A stretch of 64,000 nt of DNA from Peribolospora baueri (lineage: Eukaryota). The notes beneath the pieces are model-generated. The model saw nothing but the letters and a program-made list of their open reading frames with translations. It did not search any database and was not told the origin of the DNA. Within the stretch, counting starts at the first letter, position 1. Each line of letters begins with the position of its first letter. Location: the NCBI GenBank assembly GCA_029717555.1, contig JAMDHS010000052.1:62001-126000 (forward strand), read 5' to 3'. The position numbers were made by a program, and so were the translations under genes. This document shows positions 50,349 through 61,113 of the stretch, piece after piece.

Positions 50349-50919
50349 ACAGACCGGGCATCAGCAACTACCCAGAGCGAATCAGATGCGACCGGCTTTG
50401 CAAGTCGCCGGACGCAACGGTTCGGTCCCCCAGCAACCGCACCCGCTGTCGCAGTCTCAAACGGCTCAGCAGGTCGCGAGCTCGGCGGCGATTCAGGTCC
50501 CGAACGGCCACGCCATCGCCAACCACATGGGCACGAACGGCCGCTTGCCTCAGCAGTTGGCCGTCAACGGCATCATCGTTGGCTCGCCACCGATGTCACA
50601 CGCCGGGTCTCCTCCCAACAACGCTATGTCGCCGCCACAACGAGCGATGCAGATCGCCCAACAAGCCACGCAACCGGCCGCAGTCGGTGGACTAGCGGCC
50701 GGCGCCGGCTTGCACCAGCAGCAGGCGGCCGGAGCGGGTATGATGCCCAACGGTCTGCACGCCTGGAGGCCCAACATTCAGCTTGTGGCTGGAGCCGTGG
50801 GCGCGATGGGCAAAGCTGCCAGTCCCACTCTGGCTCACCACGTCGTCCATTCGCCTTCGCCGGGGCCCTCTCCAGGTAATGCGCCTCCGAAAGCGGCCAA
50901 CTATGCATTCGCTTCGTGA
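47390..50919 (+). CDS. EPL1: Enhancer of polycomb-like protein 1 (NuA4 subunit), multi-exon, polyQ C-terminus
   Basis: GVEEHE..EHHLQ, HIPTPDA, YIRFSDTVED, YCLDEED, VYPHWKARR, DPYVCFRRRD, FRRRVGRGGR motifs. Confidence 0.93.
50267..50352 (+). repeat. CAG/CAA trinucleotide tract encoding polyglutamine in Epl1
   Basis: Visible CAG/CAA run in the last exon. Confidence 0.9.
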
Positions 50920-51525
50920 ACGCTTAGACGACGGCCCCCGTCTCCCCGACTTATGCCCGCCTTGCCACCGTTCGCCATGCGCGCTGCGCCCTGGCGTCAT
51001 CCCCTTTCGTCGAGGTATTTCCGTCTTGGCCTCGCTCGGCCTTGGTCACCAACTCGAGACGACAGGGTGCTATGGAACAATCTTCTCCTTCGCCTCTTAC
51101 GCTATGTCCTCCACCTCGTCTCAACCTCAACTTAACTCCCTGCTCATTTGGGTTTTGCTCTGACGGCTCCGCGCGCCCCATTCCTCACTCCTCATGATGA
51201 CCTTTTTGCGCTCCGTGCGCAGTTGGTCGGTGGCGCAGAAGCAAAAAAACAGCCACCCCTTTCTAGTCTTCTCCGCCGTTTCTATTTCTCGTCCTTAGCG
51301 TGCGTGCTCGTTCGTGTTTGTAGGTAGGTAGCTGTATCATCAGAATACCCCGTCTTCTTTTTTTTCCTCCCTTCTCCATTCCCGCCCCCCTCCGCCCACC
51401 AACCGCGGCGTTTTGCTGCGTCCCCGTCACCACCTCTCCGATCTTCTTGACATTGGTGTTGTGTCGAAAATCGAAAACGAAAATCGAAAATTGAAAAGCG
51501 AACATCATGCGAGCGAGTATTCTCG

Positions 51526-52112
51526 TCAGAATGGAGGCGAGGGCGGCGCGCTATCTGACGTCTTCCTACCGGGGACCGGCATGTTGCCAACAGCCCCCGA
51601 AGGATTCTTGGACTCGTTATTGTAGAATATGGACACCTCTCTGCAGTCCTTGACGGCCTGAATGTTGACTAAGGATGCGGTAAATGTCAATATCGATTAT
51701 CATAATGTTATCCTTGATGGCAAAGAATGTAGAAGTCAAAAAGCCGCCCAATAGTCCATCTTGGTTTTGTCGGCTGTCGCATGCTGACAGGAAACCTGTT
51801 AATCTGGAAACGCTATATTGAGCATCTTGGGTCAGTGCGTTCCCAAACGTTGCCTTATTGTATAGAGTATGCTAACCAGAAGTTTGCACCCTTCAGAAGG
51901 CGAGATATGGCGTGGTCAGTCTCGAGATCTTTTCGTTTTTTTTTGACAGGATGGATGGTCTAGGTGGCTAAGATTACCTAAATGCTTTAGCAAGGTATTG
52001 TCTGAAGGGTTGCAGGGAAACCATTCGGGACAGGCAAGATGAATATTCGACAACTCAAGATTAACGTTTGGGTAAGCAAGTTTTGCAGACTTCGCTAAGT
52101 TAATAGTGCTAG
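51526..52112 (+). pseudogene. AT-enriched decayed intron-containing gene or transposon relic
   Basis: Local drop in GC; residual GTCAGT..CTAAC..CAG and GTCAGT..GACAG introns; frames interrupted by TAG/TGA/TAA. Confidence 0.35.
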
Positions 52113-52122
52113 GCACGCACTC

Positions 52123-53003
52123 CTACGTGCACGCTCCGTCGGAAACGCTGGCAGCGCTGGACACGTCGCTGTCGTACCCGTCGTCAGGCACGTCAATGTG
52201 ATACTCGGCCTTGCGAGCGTGGTACTCTGCGTGCGGGTCCCTTTCGGCCGACGGATAGCGGCGGAGGATGTGGCCTGCGCGGGAGATTGCGAGGCGGAGG
52301 TTTGCGGGGGCCTGCGGGGGAGGGGTGGGGGCGGTGTCAAGGAGGAAGGAGGAAGGAGGGGAAAGGAAAATATGAGCGGGACGGCCGGCGGTTGATTGGA
52401 CGGGAAAGGCAGGCTGGCTTGGCTAACCCGATGCAAGAGCCGCTCAACCCAGACAGTCAACTCAGCCCTCGCCTTCCACCACTCTTCGCTGTCTGTGCCC
52501 TTCTTCCACGCTTCGCATAGTTTTTCGATGAGGTGGCGGAGGCGCTTGCGGGAACGGATTGAGAAGAGGGCTATGTGGGGATTGAATGATAAGGAGAAGG
52601 TGGTGGGTGAGCAAGGAAAGCGAGAATAAGATGGGAAAGCCCCCGGTTCGGTTCACTCCGTCTCCGCTCCGCTCCGCCCCCCACTCACTCACTCACTCCT
52701 CTTCTCGTCCTCCGTCAACGTCTGCCAGACCAGCGGCCACGTCGCGACCTCTTGCCAAGACCGCGCGAGGAGGTCCTCGCACCGGAGGTCGCCCTGGCCC
52801 GCGAAAGCGTCCACGTCGTAGTACGGCACGTCGTGGCGGGGCCTGCCTATCGTTACCGAGACGCCCGGTTCAGGCGGTCTGCGCGGGTGGCGGGCGGCGG
52901 GGGAGGAAGAAGAAGGAGAAGAAGAAGTCGGAGAAGAGGAGGGGGCGGGGGTGAGAGTGCGAGTGCGAGTGCGAGTGCGAGTGCGAGACGGGTTGGAAAG
53001 CAT
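52123..53003 (-). CDS. Small orphan protein, 3 exons
   Basis: MLSNPSRT..HDVPYYDVDAF..WPLVWQTL | TLFSIRSRKRL..WWKARAELTVWVERLLHR | APANLRLAISRAG..-stop. Two GT-AG introns preserve the frame. Confidence 0.65.
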
Positions 53004-53171
53004 GGGTCCAACGAACGATAGGAACAAACGAACGTCTCGCCGACGATTCAAGACCGGAGTCACCTTGGTGAGTGGGTGAGTTTCGGGCGACGTTTTGCCT
53101 TTTTCTGTCTTTTTTTTTCTGACGTCAGCCTTTGTCAGTCGATTGATCAGCTCCGCCGACGATGTGAGGCG

Positions 53172-53969
53172 GGTCACCAACAACGACACCAACACCAACA
53201 CCTCCATCAAGCACTTCTCCCACTAGATCGCCTCCTCGTCCGGGTTCAAGGCGGCCGAGACGGCCTCCTCCAAGAAGTACCTGTCCTTGGCCGACGTGTT
53301 GTACAAGTCCTCCCTGTACTTTGGCTCCTCCTTGACCCCCGATCGGGTTGGTGCTCTTGTTGACGACCTCATTCCAGTACTTCATGTAGCCGATCTTGGC
53401 CGTCTCCTGGGCCTGGGCGCTCAAAGTTCAACTGGTGGGCCGCGGACCTCAACATCATGACATCATGTTGCCCACGGACACTCTCCGACACCGGGGTCGT
53501 GATGCAGTACACCAGCATGTCCATGCCCGGGTTGGTGTGGGGGATGTGCACGACGGAGAACACGTTCGGGTCCCTCGTCTCCTCCGTCGTGTACTGGACC
53601 AACCCGTTCATCACTGGCTGAACCACATCCCTCGTCTTGAACTCGTCGCTCTAGGTCTCCATGGCATTCCAAGTTGTCCTTGAGGAAGATCTTGAGCAAC
53701 TTGGTGCGGTTACCGAGTTGAACTTGAGCTCCCAAGCCCAGGAGATGGCCAAGGTGGGGTACATGAAGTACTGGAACGAGGTCATCAACAAGAGCGACAA
53801 CCCGATCGGGGTCACGGACGAGCCGAAGTACAGGGAGGACTGGTACAACACGTCGGCCAAGGACAGGTACTTCTTGGAGGAGGCCGTCTCGGCCGCCTTG
53901 AACCCGGACGAGGAGGCGATCTAGTGGGAGAAGTGCTTGATGGAGGTGTTGGTGTTGTTGGAGGTGACC
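53172..53969. repeat. Long inverted repeat: arms 53172-53433 and 53716-53969, ~280 nt spacer
   Basis: 115 bp (53190-53304 vs 53843-53957) are perfectly reverse-complementary; the rest aligns with substitutions and small indels. Confidence 0.95.
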
Positions 53970-54448
53970 GTCTTGTTAATCGACGTGAAGGACATCTAGA
54001 ATCCCTCCTTTTGTTCTTGTAGATGACCTTCTTCTTCGATTTACCAAGACATTGTGTCCACAACATTGGTAGCAGCAGGGCCTTTTCCTTCGTCGGCTAT
54101 TCCATCCGTCGAGGACGATACGCTTCCTATCCCCTTTCCTATCGGTGCCTCTCGTCTTAGTCGCGAGTTAACAGGTCCCCCCTCCATCGCTTACGCCATT
54201 TTCGGCCTCTTGTCTTTGACAAGTTAAGGGCCACTCCCTTCAATCCGCCTTTGCCGTCGTCGACACATCGACGCCGATCCGACTTTCGACACCTTACTTT
54301 TCACCCAAGAATCGATCCAGTCCTTTCCGTCTCGGGGACTGGGGACGAGATATGTACAGTACAAGGGAAGGAGTCCAAACGCCACACCGGTACCCAAGCC
54401 GTCTCGAGGCGAGGGGGCACACCAAAGAGAGGGGCAGAAGGACAACCA

Positions 54449-54605
54449 GCCGAAGAAGAAGAGAGAGGAAGAGCGCGAAGAGACGACCCGGCTCAAATGG
54501 CCTGGATCGGGGTGAACTGCGTCTGGATGCCGAAGAAGAGAGAGGAAGAGCGCGAAGAGGCGATCCGGCTCAAATGGCCTGGATCGGGGTGCACTGCGTC
54601 TGGAT
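54449..54605. repeat. Tandem direct duplication (80 + 77 bp) of the hydrophobin 3' end
   Basis: Two near-identical units starting GCCGAAGAAG at 54449 and 54529. Confidence 0.92.
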
Positions 54606-55403
54606 GAGGCCGTTGGCCGTCGAGCTTTGACAGCAGACGGCCTGTTCCTTGCAGTCGCTGCTCGGCGAGAAGGAGAAGGAGGAGGAAAAAAGAAAAATCG
54701 GTCAGGGAGGGCGCGTGTATGCTGTGCTGGACGGACGGGTGCGAAGAGAAGGCTCACTTGGCGAGGTTGAGACCGTGGAGGACACCGATGGGATTGCACT
54801 CAAGGCTGCGAAAACGGGAAAGAGCGGGCTGCGAGTAAGAACGAGTCGCGCGGGGGGTAGGGAGGGCGGCGAAGGGGGAAGGAGAGGTCAGATGAAAGCG
54901 CACCCAAGCGTGCCGATGAGCGTGTTGGCCGAGACGAGGAGGCTATAGGCCGCCTTGAGGCTAGCGTCGTCAGTCGCTTTCTTGCAGCATCTGACAGCGG
55001 GGAAGGGGAAGCGGGAGCAAGAAGACGAGAGGCTGGTCAAAGGAGAGCGAGGCGCGAGGGAGGAGATAAAATGAGAGACAAGGCAAAGGCGACTGACTGC
55101 ATGGAGCCGGCGCTGCACTGGCCGGACTGATCTCCCTGGCGTTTGACAAAGGTGCCGGTGTCGGTCTCGCCGCGCTTGGGATGACCGAGCCTGGTGTCGG
55201 GCATGACGTTGCTGTTCACCCCGCCGGAGTGACCCGAGGCGGGGTGCACAGGGGTGGTGGCCTTGACGAAACCGCAGACGGCGGTGGCGACGAGAGCGAT
55301 GATGGCAGCGACCTGGGGGGTTAGCGGAGCAGAACAGAGAAGAGAAGGGGCGTGAGCGTCGTCGACGAAGGGGCGAATGAGGAGAGCCGGCGCTCGCCTT
55401 CAT
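54570..55403 (-). CDS. Class I hydrophobin, 5 exons
   Basis: Spliced product MKVAAIIALVATAVCG..KR..QCSAGSMQCC..GLECNPI..DCKEQAVCC..GLIQTQCTPIQAI: signal peptide plus the 8-Cys C-CC-C-C-CC-C pattern. Confidence 0.9.
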
Positions 55404-56279
55404 TTTGGAGAGGGATAGAGCCGTGGTGGAGGGCAAAGGACGAGGGAGGGAGGGCTAGAGTACAGAGACAAGAGCTGGGGCTGCCGTGAGGAAGGAAAGA
55501 GGAAAAGAAAAAGGGGAGAGCACAACCGTCCTTTTAAGCCTTTTTCCCTACCCCCCCCATCGTCCGCTCCTCGGCCTCCCTTCCGTCCTTCCTTGCACCT
55601 CGTCGGCTTCGACTTCGGCTTCGGTGGCCCGTGCGCGGACGGACCCGGGGTGGTAGTGCCAATGGGGCTGGCGAGGCGAGTGCTAGTGGACGAGCGAGGA
55701 ACGCCTGCGTCTCGGTCGGTCGGTCGTCAGGGTAGGTCTAGCGGTCGCGTCGACAACCCAACGCGATCCTGTCTGTCCGTTGTGTCGTGTCATCTCCGGT
55801 AGCGCAGCGCAGATGGGCCTGCCTTGTCTCCCAAACATGATAGCTAGCGGGTCGGCCTCGAGGCGACTTCGGAGGCGGGAGGGGAAGGAGTGGAGGAATG
55901 GTGGAGAAACGAGGAGGCGCGCGGGAAGGGGGAGAGAGAGGAGTGATGAGACGATGGAAGAATGGCTTGGCGTCGACTGACTGCCTTGCTTTCTTTCCGC
56001 CTCGACGCTGTGCCCGAGGTTCGCAGTCCGGGGAACGACCGCAGCAGGAACGAACAAACAAGCAGACGGTGCGTCGGCGTGGCGTCGGCGTCCGTGAAGC
56101 GAAGCCAAGCCGGAGCGGAGAAGAAGCCCACTCTCTCAACGGCGTGAAGAATCACTCTGAAGAGCAGGAGCAACAGCAGAGGCGTTCCCAACGGCAAGAA
56201 ATAAGGAAAACAAAACGAAAACAAAATAGAGGGAAAAAATAGGAAAGGAAAAAAAGTCTGCAAATCATACAAAAAAGGA

Positions 56280-56379
56280 TGCTCTGTACAGGGGTCGAAC
56301 CTGTGACCTTAGAGTGAACTAAATGTTAGTTGAACTAAGCTTATTAGCTCTACGCTCTAACCAACTGAGCTAACAGAGC
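56280..56379 (-). tRNA. tRNA-Ile (anticodon AAT) with a 26-nt intron (56316-56341)
   Basis: Acceptor stem GCTCTGT/ACAGAGC, A box TAGCTCAGTTGG, anticodon arm TAGAG-CTAATA|A-CTCTA, B box GGTTCGACCC, followed by a T6 terminator. Confidence 0.95.
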
Positions 56380-56391
56380 CATTCACTTATT

Positions 56392-56940
56392 TGTTAGTAG
56401 GCTTTGTTGGTAAAGTAGCGGCGGGTGTAGAGCTCAGCGCAGCTACACTCGCTACAACCACCAGAAGAGCCGCCCGACAACGGCGTCTTCGGTACTGCTC
56501 CCAGTGCTCTTCCTTGCTCTGCCGCACGATAGTCGGCGAGGGAACCATTATTGTTAGAGGCTGGACGGACAGGAAACGACGAGATGCAGATGGGTGGATT
56601 GGATGTGTGAGGCGACGGTCGGGGCGAAGGCGAGAGATGTATGTGATCAACGACTACGCATACGGGCGGACCTAGCAAACATAGGAATTTCATGCGCGCC
56701 GCCGATTTCTGTAACACAACTTTTGTATTGAGATACAACTCTACAACAGAGGGATTTTGGGCTTTGGGCGGCTTGCGGTTGCCGAACGCGCCCTTTTATT
56801 AACCTTAATTAATTGCAATAGAGTTTTGTTTTATACTGTTTCCCTCCGGGAAAATAGCATAGTGCATAAAATATGAAGTTATTAAATATGGAATTGAGGT
56901 GACCGTCGAGCCGGCCCTAGGTTGGGACCCCTCCCTGACA
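56392..56940. mobile_element. Possible solo LTR(s) immediately upstream of the tRNA
   Basis: TGTTAG at 56392 (and again at 56552) ... CTGACA at 56940; flanks TTATT/TTATA (or TTAT/TTAT); AT-rich interior. Confidence 0.45.
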
Positions 56941-57955
56941 TTATACTAGATCGTAACGACAGGGCGAACTTACTACAAGCAGCAGTTCCACTCCCGTAAC
57001 CCGTCCTCCTTCTCCTCCGTCGTGCTTTCCCATTTGCGCTCTCAAGGCCTTCCCTTTCCTTGTTCCCACTGGACAGACGGCTGACTTTTGGCGGCTAAAG
57101 CCTTTCAGGTCGATGTGTGGATGTAATTTCCTCTTCTCTTCCTTTCTTCCCTCTTCGCTCAGCGTCGCCTAGACACTCATGCATCCACGTCCCTCTCAGA
57201 TGTTCAAAAGACCGCAAATATGCTTCACACGGACGAGCCCCAAAATGGGTTTGTTGGAATTTCTTTTTCCCCCACGAATCGGGCGTGCCCTGCCACGTTC
57301 CCCGATCCCGTCGATCCTCTCGATGCAGTCGAGTCGATGACGTAATTACGGATGCACGGACGGAGGGAGAGGAAGGCGTCGAGATCTGACTGGCCGCACC
57401 AACGCCGTTTCGGGAGAGCGGGGACGGTAGAGCATCCAGCGAGCGAGGCGGAAGAGAGAAGAGGTCCAGTCCAGTGTCGATCAAACGACATATACTCAAA
57501 TCGGCCTGTCCACTCTCCATCCGAATCTGAATCCGAATCCGAATCCGTTCAATTTCTTTTCCTCCGCACCCTTTATTCGACATCTCGGAAAATAAGCAAC
57601 TCCCGGGCTGTATGTCGGTACTGGTGTCTGGTACGGTATGCTCGACTCGGAGGGAGCGAGCGAGCGAGCGGCGCAAACTACAACGGCTGCAAGGCCCTGG
57701 CTAGAACTGGGTCGGGGTCGGGGTAGGGGTTGGGTTCAGCGGACGAGGAAGCTCCTTCCGGTTCGATTGAACAGACAAGAGGAAGAGGCGGGAAGACGGA
57801 AGACGAGGCGAGGCGAGGAAGGAACATGCGCGACGAACAGGGAGCGAAGAGGATGAGGAAGCTGGAGAGCGAGAAGAGAGAAGAAGACAGAGACGATGAC
57901 GAGAGCGAGAAGAGAAAAAAGACAGAAGGTAGACTCGATGGAACGGGTCGATCCA

Positions 57956-60228
57956 TCACTTCTTGGGCGCGGACGCCGCCTCGAGTTTGGCCTTGAGCTT
58001 CTCGACAACGCCCTCATCGGCGAGCGTGGACAGGTCGCCGATCTGGTCAGCCTCATTGGACGCGAGCTTGCGGAGGATGCGACGCATGATCTTGCCCGAC
58101 CGCGTCTTGGGCAGGTCCTCGGAGATGAGCACCTTCTTGGGCGCGGCAAACGGTCCAATGTTCTTGCGCACCTGGAGAACCAGCTCCTTGACGAGCGCTT
58201 CTTCGTCGTTGTACTGGAAGTTGGGCTTGAGCGTGACAAAGGCGTTGATCGCCTGGCCGGTCAGCTCGTCCGGCACGCCCACCACCGCCGTCTCGGCGAC
58301 GCCAGGGTGCTGGATGAGCGCGGACTCGATCTCGGCGGTGGAGAGACGGTGGCCAGAGACGTTGATGACGTCGTCGACGCGGCCCTTGATCCAGATGTAT
58401 CCGTCGTCGTCCCTTGCGGCGCCGTCGCCGGTGAGGTAGTAGCCCGGGTAAGGCTTCATGTACGTCTCGAGGTACCTCGCGTGGTCCTGGTACACCGTGC
58501 GGGCGATGGACGGCCAGGGCCTGCCGATGGCGAGCACGCCCTCGACGTTGGTGCCCTCGAGCACTTTTCCGCTGACGGGATCGAGGATGACGGGCTCAAT
58601 ACCCCAGAAAGGCACGGTGGCCGAGCCTGGCTTGGTTTGGATGGCGCCGGGGAAGGGGGTGATGATGATGCTGCCCGTCTCGGTCTGCCAATACGTGTCG
58701 ACGACGGCGCACTCGTTTTGTCCGACGTGTTCGTTGTACCAATCCCACGCCTCGGGGTTGATCGGCTCACCGACGGAACCGATGACGCGGAGACTGGAGA
58801 GGTCGTGTCCGCTGACGTGTTCCGCTCCGAGACGGCGAAGGAGACGGATGGAGGTGGGGGCGGTGTAGAACTGGGTAAGTTTGTACTTTTCGACGACTTC
58901 CCAATAGCGGGAGGGGGTGGGATAGACGGGGGTGGACTCGAAGAGCGTTGTCGTGACGCCGTTCATCAGCGGGCCATAGACGATGTAGCTGGAGGGAAGG
59001 AGGAAAGGAAGGAGCGATGAGCGAACGCGCGAATGGGAGAGAGTAAAGCGTTGCTGTTGGGACGCATGTATGTGTGCCTCACCTGTGCCCCGTGATCCAG
59101 CCGACGTCGGCCATGCAAGCGAAACGGTCGTCGGGGTGGACGTCAAAGACGTACTTGACGGTGAGCGCGGCGCCGAGCAAGTAGCCGGCGGTGGAGTGTA
59201 CGACGCCCTTGGGCTTTCCGGTGGAGCCGGAGGTGTAGAGGATAAAGAGCGGGTCCTCGGAGCTGACGATGGTGGGAGGGCAGTACGGGCGGACCTTGGC
59301 AGTCTCGTCGTGGTACCAGAGGTCCCTGCCCTCGGTCCAGGGGACCTTGTTGCCGGTGCGCTGGACGACGAGAACCTTTTCGACGAGGGGGCACTCCTGG
59401 AGGGCGGCGTCGACGATGCCCTTGGTGGCGATGGTCCTGCCGCCGCGTCGGCCCTCGTCGGTGGTGATGACGACCCTGGCCTTGCAGTCGACGATGCGGT
59501 CGCGGAGCGAGTCGGAGGAGAAGCCGGCGAAGACGACAGAGTGGATGGCGCCGATGCGAGCGCAAGCGAGGAAGGCGACGACGGCCTCGGGGATCATGGG
59601 GAGGTAGATGATGACCGTGTCGCCCTTCTTGACGCCGAAGGAGATGAGAACATTGGCCAAGGCGGAGACCTTGTGGAGGAGCTCGCCAAAGGTGACGATG
59701 TAGCCCTGACCGGGCTCGTCGGCCTCGTAGATGATTGCGGGCTGAGAGAAGAGAAAAAGGTTAGAAGGCGGGCGGCGGAGGATGGCAAGCGACGTCGGCG
59801 TGGGTCTTACCTTGTCAGGGTTCTGGAATGCCCACCTGTCGACGCAGTTGTACGACGCATTGAGACGGCCCTCGGGGAACCAAGCGATGTCGCCAGCGAG
59901 AAAGGAGCCGGAGCGGACGGTCTGGAAAGGAACGTCCCAGTAGATCATTTCGTTGGCCCTCTGCATGTCATCGATCGCATTAGGGTTGACGGGAGGATGG
60001 GCGAGACTAAGTGAGCTGGTGGATGGTGGCTAAAAGCTGCGCGGGAGGACTCGGACTCACGTCTGACCAGAAAACATCGGCATCGTTGAGGCTCCTGTCG
60101 TGGAGCTTCTTGTAGTCGGCGTGGGAGGGGCCGACGTGGGCCTTGGGTCGCGGGTGGTCGCCCTTGCCCTTGCCGAGGAGGCGGGGAGGGACGGGATGGA
60201 CGGGGGGCTTGGGATTCGGCTCGGACAT
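57956..60228 (-). CDS. ACS1: Acetyl-CoA synthetase (AMP-forming), 4 exons
   Basis: [55 protein letters not shown] motifs. Confidence 0.96.
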
Positions 60229-61075
60229 GGTGGGGGGTGTGGGGGGGGGGGAGTGTGGGTGGTGGTGGAAGTGGAAGCGGGGGCGGTGTCGAGGAGGGAG
60301 CGGGAGTGGGTGGTGGCAAGCGGGGAGGATGGTGGAGAAGAAAAAGGGGCGGGCGAGCGGGCCAGTTGGACGGTGGCTGCTTATGTAGGGTACGGTACGG
60401 TGTCGATCTGATGACGAGGCGGAAGACGGGCGGCGGGGAGAGAAGGGGTTGCGGGGAAGCGGCGGTCGTCGCGCGACGGGGGCCGGACCAAGGCGGGTGG
60501 GAGCCGAGCCGAAGCAGACGCAGCGCAGACGCAGCCGATGGAGGTCGGAGGGAGGAGGGTCGGGGAAAGGGACGACGAGGGACGGAGGGAGGGCCACGCG
60601 AGCCGGCGACGACCAGGCGAGGATGATGGATGGAGAAGATGATGGAGGGTTGTGACGACAAACGACAACGACGAACAGCCAACGGTCGCGCTTTCATTCC
60701 ACATCTCCCCTCGCTCATTATTCCTTTTTTTATTTTCCTCTCGAGCGACAGACAGAGAGACAGACAGACAGAAAGAAAAAAAAAAGTCATGCCACCCAAT
60801 CCCATCCAATCCCATTCATTCCCTTCCATCCGATCCGATCCTCCCATGTGCATGAAGATGTTGTACGCACTCCTATACTCGCACTTGCACTTGCACTCGT
60901 ACTCGCGCTTGCACTTGCTGCACTCGTGCTCGCACAAGCACAAGACCCTGCTATTACTCTCCTTTCCCTCATCGCCAAGGCCAGGCCTCGCTGACCCAAG
61001 CCATGCCATGCCGTCCCGAACACTGCACTAATCAGCGACCCCGACGAACCCGTGACCAGAGAGAAAGACAGACGA

Positions 61076-61076
<1 letters not shown>

Positions 61077-61112
<36 letters not shown>
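61077..61112. repeat. (CAGA)n tetranucleotide microsatellite
   Basis: Tandem CAGA units in the ACS/CYB2 intergenic region. Confidence 0.9.

Positions 61113-61113
<1 letters not shown>

Noticed and set aside
51192..51266. ATGATGA box C-like motif downstream of EPL1
   Set aside because: No matching terminal CTGA box D or stem, so a snoRNA cannot be supported.
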